Source of the DNA: a virus
Lineage: Duplodnaviria; Heunggongvirae; Uroviricota; Caudoviricetes
IMG/VR virus record: IMGVR_UViG_3300006217_000018
Coordinates: 25,725-89,724 of that record
DNA length: 64,000 nt
Reading direction: 5' to 3' (one strand)
Each line of letters starts with the position of its first letter. The first letter of the stretch is position 1. Shown here one piece after another: positions 27,321-35,741 of the stretch. A program made the position numbers and the translations under genes. Under the pieces are notes generated by a model. The model saw nothing but the letters and a program-made list of their open reading frames with translations, was not told the DNA's origin and did no database searches.

Positions 27321-28498
27321 AGAAAAACATCAAAGTTGTAATCGGTGCAAACTTTGGTGATGAAGGAAAAGGCTTGGTGGCAGATTATTTTTGCCACCAA
27401 GCCGCCCTACGGGGTGAAAACTGTATTGTAGTGTGCCATAACGGTGGCGCACAAAGAGGGCATACGGTAGACACGGCGGAGGGGTCGCACCATGTGTTCC
27501 ACCATTTTGGTTCCGGGGTTTTTGCAGGAGCAGATACTTATTTATCAAAGGAGTTTATTGTAAATCCCATTTTATTCAGACAAGAATGGGAAGAATTGCA
27601 GAAATTAGGATATGAACCAACAGTATATTTGAATCCTTCGTGCAGAGTAACAACACCATTTGATATGATAATCAATCAGATTTTGGAAGAAAACCGTTCT
27701 AATGGGCGACATGGAAGCTGTGGCATGGGGATTTTTGAAACCATTAAACGTTATGAGGAAAACTATGGTTATCCGGCATGGGTTTTATTGGAGAATTGCG
27801 GCAAGCGGAACAAAGATGCAATCAAAGCCATAAAACATACATATCTGCCAAAACGCTTTAACGAATTGAAAATGCGGTCAAGTAGAGAATGGGAAGAAAT
27901 AATAAATGCTGATGGGTTGATTGAACAGTTTCTTTCAGATTTGGAATTTACGGCAAGTCATGTAACGGTTTGCGGAGATACAAACGCACTCGAAAAATAC
28001 CAGAATATTATTTTCGAGGGAGGGCAAGGACTTCTGTTAGACCAGAATAATAAAGAATATTTTCCTCATTTGACACCAAGCAACACCGGATTAAAGAATC
28101 CGGCGGAAATGATTTTAAGATTGTTTCCAGATTCAAATGTTGAAGTCTGTTATGTCACAAGACCATATCTAACAAGGCACGGGGCGGGCAGGATTGATAA
28201 TGAGTGCGGAAAAGAAGAAATCAATCCAGATATGGAAGATTTGACAAATGTACCGAACCAACATCAAGGGACAATGCGTTATGGGAAAATGAATGTTTCT
28301 GAATTATTAAACAGAATACAAAAAGATTTTTCTAATGGGAAAGGCTGGAAAATTTCTCTTTCCATAACACACAGCAATGAAGTTCCTGGAATATTTGAAT
28401 CGGTTGATAGCTTCGAGGTAAAGGACTTAAAACAGCAATTTGACGTTATTTATCACTCATTCGGAAAGGCAAGGAACGATATAAAGCAAGCTGATTAA
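27314..28498 (+). CDS. adenylosuccinate synthetase homologue (PurA family; candidate PurZ)
   Basis: VVIGANFGDEGKGLVADYF is the P-loop GxxxGDEGKGK; VVCHNGGAQRGHTV corresponds to PurA VVRYQGGHNAGHT; likely GTG start at 27314. Confidence 0.65.
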   Translation: MVKKNIKVVIGANFGDEGKGLVADYFCHQAALRGENCIVVCHNGGAQRGHTVDTAEGSHHVFHHFGSGVFAGADTYLSKEFIVNPILFRQEWEELQKLGYEPTVYLNPSCRVTTPFDMIINQILEENRSNGRHGSCGMGIFETIKRYEENYGYPAWVLLENCGKRNKDAIKAIKHTYLPKRFNELKMRSSREWEEIINADGLIEQFLSDLEFTASHVTVCGDTNALEKYQNIIFEGGQGLLLDQNNKEYFPHLTPSNTGLKNPAEMILRLFPDSNVEVCYVTRPYLTRHGAGRIDNECGKEEINPDMEDLTNVPNQHQGTMRYGKMNVSELLNRIQKDFSNGKGWKISLSITHSNEVPGIFESVDSFEVKDLKQQFDVIYHSFGKARNDIKQAD

Positions 28499-28571
28499 AG
28501 AGAAAAACCGCTTTGTGATTGTTAATTTTGAGAATGTTTATTATTTGGAGAGTTAGGAGGGGGTTGGAGAA

Positions 28572-28823
28572 ATGGAACCTATGAACATTTATTCATTGCA
28601 AAAATACGCGCAAGACAAAGGACATAACACCGGAAGATTTCTTTGTGTAAATGATAAAGGAATTTTCGAAATGCAATGGCTTGATGCTTATTACGGACTT
28701 GTCAAACTGTTGCAACCCGAACAGAAAGAAGATGGGTTTATAACTATAAGACAGTTGATTGAATTGTTCGGGAACGAGCAGAAATATATGCCAACAATCG
28801 GATATGAAAACGAAGATGATTAA
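28572..28823 (+). CDS. hypothetical protein
   Basis: 83 aa. Confidence 0.35.
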   Translation: MEPMNIYSLQKYAQDKGHNTGRFLCVNDKGIFEMQWLDAYYGLVKLLQPEQKEDGFITIRQLIELFGNEQKYMPTIGYENEDD

Positions 28824-28838
28824 GGAGGATTAACCGAT

Positions 28839-29174
28839 ATGAGGATTTTATCGCAGGACGGAAAAATTGATTTTCCATACGAAAAAGTTTGTTTAGAGGT
28901 ATCAGATAGCGGAAAGATATTCGCGCAAGGCGATATATGGGGAGCAGAAGATAATTATATTGAAGTTGCTGCATATGAAAACGAAACCAAAGCAAGAAAG
29001 GCTATGGAGATGTTGAGAGAGGAATACACAGGAATGCCAAGCATCAGAAGAATGGATGATTTGTACGGAAGATTTAAGCACACAGGAAAGAAAGACTTTG
29101 AATTATTTATAGAACACATGGTTTTGAAAAAATGTTATTTCCAATTTCCCGCTGATGACGAAGTGGAGGTATGA
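28839..29174 (+). CDS. hypothetical protein
   Basis: 111 aa, RBS AAGGAGGA. Confidence 0.4.
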   Translation: MRILSQDGKIDFPYEKVCLEVSDSGKIFAQGDIWGAEDNYIEVAAYENETKARKAMEMLREEYTGMPSIRRMDDLYGRFKHTGKKDFELFIEHMVLKKCYFQFPADDEVEV

Positions 29175-29288
29175 CATGAAAACATCCGCATTAGAACAAG
29201 TCCAAAAGGATTTTGAACATGGTGTTTACAACATGACCGACACGGGAAATGTACGGGTTGCGGCAACTGCTGTTCAAATATTCTGCCA

Positions 29289-29573
29289 ATGACAGACAAG
29301 GAAATTGAGGTTATTAGACGGTGCATAAAGAAAAATCACATCAAAGAGTGTAAGCATACAATACCGCTTGCAAATCCGGTTATTGACATGACTTGCCCAT
29401 TCCTCAATACAGATAAGAAAACGGAGAAATGCACGATTTACAGTGTCCGTCCGGCGATATGCAGATGTTTTATCTGTTCTGAACCGAATGGAGCGTTGAA
29501 GAACAAGGAGTTATGGAGTGGGGTTAGAAAGCCTGTGAATGTGAGGGAGACATTTTATGGGGAGGTGTTTTGA
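29289..29573 (+). CDS. YkgJ/UPF0153-like zinc- or iron-chelating Cys-rich protein (start probably further upstream)
   Basis: CPFLNTDKK...CTIYSVRPAICRCFIC matches the family C-terminal half; the same frame upstream reads GKCTGCGNCCSN, the CxxCGxCC motif, so the gene likely starts around 29170-29245. Confidence 0.45.
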   Translation: MTDKEIEVIRRCIKKNHIKECKHTIPLANPVIDMTCPFLNTDKKTEKCTIYSVRPAICRCFICSEPNGALKNKELWSGVRKPVNVRETFYGEVF

Positions 29574-29788
29574 AGATGAACGCATTTACAGCACTAATGC
29601 GCAACGGAAGGTTAATGCAAAAAGCAGAAGATATTATAAACGGTTTTCTTGAAAGTGAAACAGAAAATCACAAGGTAGACTGTTATCTTGTTAATCCAGA
29701 CGGCACAAGAATTGCAATTCAAAAAGGTTTCAAACTTGAGAATTATGAGTATACAATTTGTGCGAATGAAAGCGAGGTATCGAAATGA
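29570..29788 (+). CDS. hypothetical protein
   Basis: 72 aa. Confidence 0.3.
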   Translation: MKMNAFTALMRNGRLMQKAEDIINGFLESETENHKVDCYLVNPDGTRIAIQKGFKLENYEYTICANESEVSK

Positions 29789-30204
29789 CCAAAGAAACAA
29801 AACAAATGAACATAAAAGATTTTAAAGTCGGTCAGACGGTTTATGTTGAACTGACTAGGAACGCAAGCAGAGGAAAGACACCTGAACAGTGCATTGAGGA
29901 ATGGGAGATTACTTCTGTTGGTAGGAAATACATAAAAGCTTGCAAGAAAGAAAGCGGAATATTTCGATTTGAAACTACTTTTGAATTTCAAGATTATAAT
30001 GAAAGATTTGTTGAGAAATCGGCTTACAGCGAAAAAAATTATGTTCTCTATGCCACAAAACAGGAGATTGAGGAAAAACAAGAGAAAAGCAGACTGTTTC
30101 AGGAGATTGAACAGCGGTTCAGTTATGGTTCGCAAAAGGATATTTCCTTAGAGCAGTTGAGGGCAATACATGGGATTTTGGAGGGAGGAAACGAGGGAGA
30201 ATGA
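29785..30204 (+). CDS. hypothetical protein
   Basis: 139 aa. Confidence 0.4.
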   Translation: MTKETKQMNIKDFKVGQTVYVELTRNASRGKTPEQCIEEWEITSVGRKYIKACKKESGIFRFETTFEFQDYNERFVEKSAYSEKNYVLYATKQEIEEKQEKSRLFQEIEQRFSYGSQKDISLEQLRAIHGILEGGNEGE

Positions 30205-30600
30205 AAGAAAGGCTGATTTGTGAATTTATGGTAATACCTGCATTTGTTTATCTCTCATTTGAGTTTGAAAACAAGAGGCTTGAAAAGGTATTGCGTGTAA
30301 TATCGGCAACTTTATTATTGCTTTTAGCCTGTTATTTGGGCGTGGTATTGCCGCAGTAGAAAAGGAAGTGATTTGATTGATTTTGAAGTGTTTGGGGAGG
30401 TTCGGTAGTGTTTGATTTTATCAAAAGATTATTTTGTAAACATGAGTTTGAAGATATATCAGGAGAAATCAGGGTATGGAGCAGCGACAATTTTTATAAA
30501 TATCCAATAGCACTTAGGAGGGTGTTTGTGTGCAAGAAGTGTTTGAAAAAGAAAACTATAAAATATTAAGGAATATGCAGACGAAAGCGAGGTGGTTTAG

Positions 30601-31296
30601 ATGTTCGTTAGATGTATTGGCACTGGTAGTAGCGGAAATTGTTACGCCTTATATGACAATGACGGCAAGATACTTCTCTTAGATTTGGGTTTGGCAAGGA
30701 AAGAAATACTGAAAGGAATTGACTTTAATGTATCTGATGTTGTAGGGGCGTTAGTCAGCCACGGGCACGGCGACCATTCAAAGGCAGTTAATGATTTTGG
30801 GAATATGGGAATACCTGTTTTCAAGCCCTATGATGAAACAAAGGCTTGCCCTCTCAAAATCAGATATGGCAGTTTCAGTATACAGGCGTTCAAAGTTCCG
30901 CATGACGGAGTACCTTGCTATGGATTTTACATAACGGTTGACGGACACAGAATTTTGTATGCTACGGATTATTTACATCTTCCCGTATCGTTCAGGAAAA
31001 AGAGATTAACAAATATGATTGTAGAATGTAACTACCAGAAAGAATATTTGAATAAAGAGTCTCCAAAATACGACCACCAGATAAAAGGTCACTGTTCGCT
31101 TGATACGCTGATTGAAAAGGTCATTAAAGAGAACATGACAAGCGACCTTAGAACGATTGTATTGTGCCATTTAAGTGGTGATAGTGCAAACCCAGAGGAA
31201 TGTCTGTCAGAAGTTCAAAAAGTCGTTGGAGAGGGCGTTAAATGCGCCTGTGCGGCGGCAGGAGAAACGGTTGAATTAAGTTTGTATCCATTTTAA
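30601..31296 (+). CDS. metallo-beta-lactamase-fold hydrolase (RNase Z / PhnP-like size class)
   Basis: LLLDLG...SHGHGDHS is the HxHxDH motif; 231 aa. Confidence 0.6.
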   Translation: MFVRCIGTGSSGNCYALYDNDGKILLLDLGLARKEILKGIDFNVSDVVGALVSHGHGDHSKAVNDFGNMGIPVFKPYDETKACPLKIRYGSFSIQAFKVPHDGVPCYGFYITVDGHRILYATDYLHLPVSFRKKRLTNMIVECNYQKEYLNKESPKYDHQIKGHCSLDTLIEKVIKENMTSDLRTIVLCHLSGDSANPEECLSEVQKVVGEGVKCACAAAGETVELSLYPF

Positions 31297-31308
31297 GGAG
31301 GTTTTTGT

Positions 31309-31620
31309 ATGAAGATAGAATTTGATGAAAAGGATTTGGATTACATAGATACAATCAACAAAAGTTTGGAGAGCGGAGAAAATATACCAATATTTATACC
31401 AGAAAAGGGGAGATATTTTATCGAGTTTACTTGCGAGGATATAGCCAAAGCTAATGCGTTTGCCATGATGTTTATGAACCAGAACGTTGAAAAGGTGAAG
31501 GAATTAAAGGAAAAGTTAGGCATAACCGTAAACTGTATAAGCTATTGCTCGGGCGATTCAAAGCGAAAGGAACTTAAAAGATATTTAGAGAAAATGCTGT
31601 ATGAATTGGAACAGATGTAG
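31309..31620 (+). CDS. hypothetical protein
   Basis: 103 aa. Confidence 0.4.
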   Translation: MKIEFDEKDLDYIDTINKSLESGENIPIFIPEKGRYFIEFTCEDIAKANAFAMMFMNQNVEKVKELKEKLGITVNCISYCSGDSKRKELKRYLEKMLYELEQM

Positions 31621-31647
31621 AAAAGAGGTTGAATTGAAAGAAAGCAG

Positions 31648-32058
31648 GTGTCCATTTTGATAGATTTATACCCTACAAAATGCAATCTATGTGGCGGTGC
31701 GGTAGTCTACATAAGCAATTCTAAAATCTATGGCAGGGAATATGGCAGTGGAAAATGCTATTACTGTACAAGCTGCGGTGCTTATGTCGGAACGCACAAG
31801 CCACGACCAAGAGAAGCATTAGGAATTTTGGGAAACGCTGAAATGCGTGAAATGAAAATGAAGTGCCATGAATTATTCGACCGACAGTGGAAGAACGAGA
31901 AAACGCAAGCGAAAAGGCGAATTGCAAGGAAGAAAGCGTATGCAGATTTGGCGGTTAAGCTGAATATTCCGGTTGAAGAATGTCATTTCGGATATTTTGA
32001 CATGGATATGCTGAATAAGGCTTATGGGATTTTGAAAGGCGGTGAGATTTTTGAGTAA
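31648..32058 (+). CDS. zinc-ribbon protein
   Basis: CNLCGG...CYYCTSCG Cys pairs. Confidence 0.4.
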   Translation: MSILIDLYPTKCNLCGGAVVYISNSKIYGREYGSGKCYYCTSCGAYVGTHKPRPREALGILGNAEMREMKMKCHELFDRQWKNEKTQAKRRIARKKAYADLAVKLNIPVEECHFGYFDMDMLNKAYGILKGGEIFE

Positions 32059-32365
32059 CTACAAGAAATCAGCAAAGGATATAGCTTTTGATAAAGAAAG
32101 AGAAAAATTCCGTTCTGAAATAAGAAAGCAAACAGATGGCTTAAATAAAAAGCAAAAGCAGATTGATGAACTGAATGAAGTCATAAGAGAGAAAGATGTT
32201 GTCATATCCCAACAGAAAGAATGGATTGATAGGCTTCTTGAATATACGGAACTGTCAGAAGATGATATGAAACAGTTGATCGAAAAGGATAAGAAAATCA
32301 ATGAAATTATTGATAATTTTAGAAGTTTGCAACATGTATTCGGACGGTTTGGAAGTTTTGTTTAA
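32042..32365 (+). CDS. hypothetical coiled-coil protein
   Basis: 107 aa. Confidence 0.35.
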   Translation: MRFLSNYKKSAKDIAFDKEREKFRSEIRKQTDGLNKKQKQIDELNEVIREKDVVISQQKEWIDRLLEYTELSEDDMKQLIEKDKKINEIIDNFRSLQHVFGRFGSFV

Positions 32366-32397
32366 TTACATATCGGCAGGATTGCAAAATATCCATT

Positions 32398-32661
32398 TTG
32401 AGAAAGAGAGGGAAATATATGGAAAAGATATTGAAAATCGCAGAACTTTTAGGAGAAGAAAACGCACAGAAAATAAAGGATGAAATTTCAGAAATTCTTT
32501 TGGATTATCTGAAAAGTGACCTTGGTAGTATGTGTGATTACATAATCGACTATGAGGACTTATTTGAAGATGTCCGCAAAGAAGTATTCGCCAATGTCAG
32601 GGATAAGATGGTTAAGAAATATACGGCAGAAATTGAAAAGAAATTTGATGAATTGTTTTAA
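32398..32661 (+). CDS. hypothetical protein
   Basis: 87 aa. Confidence 0.35.
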   Translation: MRKRGKYMEKILKIAELLGEENAQKIKDEISEILLDYLKSDLGSMCDYIIDYEDLFEDVRKEVFANVRDKMVKKYTAEIEKKFDELF

Positions 32662-32794
32662 AGATTTGGAGGGTGAAATCATGGAAAAAATCAAAGAATT
32701 AACGCCACAGGAGTATTTTTAGCAGGTCAAAGAGAGAAAACATAGTATCACAGATGAAGAACTGCTGAAAGTTTATGATAACTGCCTTGAACTT

Positions 32795-33427
32795 TTGAAT
32801 AAGTACAAAATCACAGGGCAGAAAAAGGGCATGAGAAAACTCCTATTTCATCTTGACTGCATAGAGAAAGAGCGTGAGATTGTCAAAATGGGGATAACGA
32901 CTTTTATTTACCGTGATGACATTGAAGAATACATAGATACAGTTGCAAAAGATACTGTGAAAATCATTGAGTTAGAGAATTATGAAAGAGAAATACCAGA
33001 TGAAATTGTGGAGATTATCGGCAGGGTTAGGGATAAATTCGACCAACTGTATATTGTCTTTACGGACTATACGGGCAAGGTTGAAAGGCAAGTGCAGAAA
33101 GAACGGAGGGCGAAAGACCCAATACTTTTCGGAGCATTCCAAAATCAGACAAGCAGGACTGTAATTGACCGTTTCAATTACTTGGGCGACTGGGAAGATG
33201 AATACTGCGATTTGACGCTTGATAAAATGGTAAATGAAACAGAAAAAGCAGGAAAGAGAAACATTGTCAAGACCATTTCAACGCCTGCGGATATTCAAGA
33301 GTTGAAAGAACAGTTAGGAACGCTCGAGAGCAGGAACAATACCTTTATCATCACTCAAAACGAGCCTAAAAAATCATTTTTCTGGAACATCAAGACATTT
33401 CTGAAAGGAAAACGGAATGAAAAATAA
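32795..33427 (+). CDS. hypothetical protein
   Basis: 210 aa. Confidence 0.4.
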   Translation: MNKYKITGQKKGMRKLLFHLDCIEKEREIVKMGITTFIYRDDIEEYIDTVAKDTVKIIELENYEREIPDEIVEIIGRVRDKFDQLYIVFTDYTGKVERQVQKERRAKDPILFGAFQNQTSRTVIDRFNYLGDWEDEYCDLTLDKMVNETEKAGKRNIVKTISTPADIQELKEQLGTLESRNNTFIITQNEPKKSFFWNIKTFLKGKRNEK

Positions 33428-33839
33428 TGTGGATTTGACGGAAAATCAGTTATTCAGCCGTAGCAACTTCTTTCAAGATATGGCATTAGGCGTATTGACA
33501 CTTGGAATGATTACTGGCAGTAAATTTCCGTGGGATTTGAAAGAATTTCGGCAGATAAAATCAGATGATGAATTTGATTTAGGCCATCAAAGAAAATCTT
33601 TAATTGCGGTTGGGGATAAGAAGCAGCGCGCGGAGGTTGCCGAGTTTCGGAAAATGGATAGCGTCAATTACTGCGATTGTTGCGGAGTAAGAATGAATTT
33701 GAAACCGTGGGATAGAGAAATAGGTACTTGCAGGAAGTGTGATGAATATTACGAAAAGAGGGGCAAGCAGAAAATCCCGTGGAACAGAAAACCAGTAGGG
33801 ATTGATGAATTGAGGGTGTCAGTATTTGATTTTAGCTGA
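33417..33839 (+). CDS. hypothetical protein with C-terminal zinc finger
   Basis: CDCCGVRMNLKPWDREIGTCRKCDEYY. Confidence 0.4.
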   Translation: MKNNVDLTENQLFSRSNFFQDMALGVLTLGMITGSKFPWDLKEFRQIKSDDEFDLGHQRKSLIAVGDKKQRAEVAEFRKMDSVNYCDCCGVRMNLKPWDREIGTCRKCDEYYEKRGKQKIPWNRKPVGIDELRVSVFDFS

Positions 33840-33953
33840 TCAACCGCCCAGAAAAGAGAACCTATGGCAGAAAAGAAATTATCAGAGGAATTAAGGCATT
33901 GCTTGGAGGGGAACGGATGTAGCAAGTGCAGTTGTTTTGAAATGTAATCGAAA

Positions 33954-34277
33954 TTGACTTGTCCTAAATTATTAGAAAAGGCATATGAAGCGGTTAAGCG
34001 GTATGAGGAAATGGAGGAGCAGGGGAAAATTCACATCACATCTTTATCTTTTGGACAGGAAGTATATTTAGTAGATGACAGCAGTGTAATTGATAAATAT
34101 AAAGTTGTTGAAATGTCTATTAAGGGTATGGATATTGTTTATATTTCGGTGGCTAAAAACGGAATTTTTAAACTTTTTAACGAAGAAGAAATCAGTATAA
34201 CCGTTTTCCTGACAAAAGAAGCTGCTGAAAAGGCATTAAATGAAATGGAGGATAGGAAGAATGGAGAGATTGACTGA
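33954..34277 (+). CDS. small protein, paralogue of 34380-34649
   Basis: shared C-terminal motif VFLTKEAAEKALNEMEDRK versus VFLTRQEAEDKLAEMEGKK. Confidence 0.4.
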   Translation: MTCPKLLEKAYEAVKRYEEMEEQGKIHITSLSFGQEVYLVDDSSVIDKYKVVEMSIKGMDIVYISVAKNGIFKLFNEEEISITVFLTKEAAEKALNEMEDRKNGEID

Positions 34278-34379
34278 TAAAATTTTAGAATTGGCTTTGA
34301 CGATAGTGATAAACTTCCAAGCTATGTCGCCATTTACGAAAGATTAAGAGATTACGAAAATTTAGAGGAACAAGGGGGA

Positions 34380-34649
34380 ATGCCGAAATTTCCTTGTAAA
34401 GTTGGCGACATGGTCTGGGATATTGATTTTGGCAGACCATGCAGTTATGAGGTTACTGGATTTTCTTTTGGGAGTTTGAATGATGATGATTGGGAAGAAG
34501 AAAAGGTTTTAGACCAAGTTTTTGTTTATTATACAAATTCAAACGGAAGTATTACAGGAACTTTTGCAGTAAGTGAAATCGGTAAAACCGTTTTCCTCAC
34601 ACGCCAAGAAGCCGAGGATAAGCTGGCAGAAATGGAGGGGAAGAAGTGA
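34380..34649 (+). CDS. small protein, paralogue of 33954-34277
   Basis: see paralogue. Confidence 0.4.
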   Translation: MPKFPCKVGDMVWDIDFGRPCSYEVTGFSFGSLNDDDWEEEKVLDQVFVYYTNSNGSITGTFAVSEIGKTVFLTRQEAEDKLAEMEGKK

Positions 34650-35290
34650 GAGAAAAAGATATTAAGGAATTGAGGGCGATAAGTTCTCCGTTAATGCTTG
34701 AAAGGGAAGTTTTGATTAAGCCAACAAAAAGATTTATCAATCTTCTTACATCGGCATTAGATGAAGTTGAAAGCAATGCAAAATCAGAAAATGAAAGCGA
34801 GGAAAAATCAATGTTACATAATGTGACCGTAAAACATGAGGAAAATAAGGTGCTTGAAGAATACTGGCTTATGAGAGCGGTAAATGATATTGAAATTGTG
34901 CCAGGGGGAAAAAGAGGGCAGGTAATGGCAAGAAATAATCAGAAACATATGGTTAGGAAAATATTAAAGAATAATAAAAGAAATAATCTAGTTAAATATA
35001 AAGAAAGTAAAATAGGACTTGAATTAAATTTAATGGATAAAAACGGGAATCGTCTTTCTGTAGGGGATGATATTAGATATGGGGAGTACATTGGTGTGTT
35101 GTTGTATGATAGTTATTGTAGAAAGTATGGGATACATATAAGTAACAGTTTATGTTGTTTTGGAGATAAGTATGACGAGGATTCATATGGGAAATTTATT
35201 GAAATTCCAATGGGTAATGGCGCACGGATGGAAATAGAGAAACTTAATGGGGAGATATATAGACGATATAGCAAGGATACATATGGATAA
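34646..35290 (+). CDS. hypothetical protein
   Basis: 214 aa. Confidence 0.4.
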   Translation: MREKDIKELRAISSPLMLEREVLIKPTKRFINLLTSALDEVESNAKSENESEEKSMLHNVTVKHEENKVLEEYWLMRAVNDIEIVPGGKRGQVMARNNQKHMVRKILKNNKRNNLVKYKESKIGLELNLMDKNGNRLSVGDDIRYGEYIGVLLYDSYCRKYGIHISNSLCCFGDKYDEDSYGKFIEIPMGNGARMEIEKLNGEIYRRYSKDTYG

Positions 35291-35394
35291 TTCCATACCT
35301 AGGCGGGTGTGTAACAACCAGTATGATGGAAATTCATACCTGTCAAACTTAAGAATATTATTTAAATAAGGAGATATTATGAATACAGAACAAT

Positions 35395-35601
35395 TTGAAA
35401 GGGGCGAATGAAATTCAAGAAAGGGTATCCCAATTAAATAGAGTTAAAGAATGTATTGAAGCAAATAAAAATATTTATATTCTTGCAAGTGGTATGCATA
35501 TGTCAGATAGTGTGAAGATTTCTACTGAAGTCGAGAATACTTTATATATGTTATTATTAGGGGAAATTGCAAAATTAAATAAGGAATTTGAAGAATTATA
35601 A
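35395..35601 (+). CDS. small hypothetical protein
   Basis: 68 aa. Confidence 0.3.
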   Translation: MKGANEIQERVSQLNRVKECIEANKNIYILASGMHMSDSVKISTEVENTLYMLLLGEIAKLNKEFEEL

Positions 35602-35741
35602 GAGAAAACATAAGAAAGGACAATACTCTTATGAGGCAAACCTGTGCAGGTACTAAAAAACTATTGAAATTTTAGAATAACGAAAGGAGTAAGGGATTTT
35701 GCTGGCCAGCAAGAAAAGACAGTCTTTTGCTCTAAGAATAA

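Noticed and set aside
27314-28498. Asserting that the genome uses 2-aminoadenine (Z) because of the PurA homologue
   Set aside because: Sequence cannot reveal base modification. No MazZ/MazG-like pyrophosphohydrolase or Z-specific polymerase was recognised in this window. Other phage PurA homologues exist, so it is kept as a candidate only.
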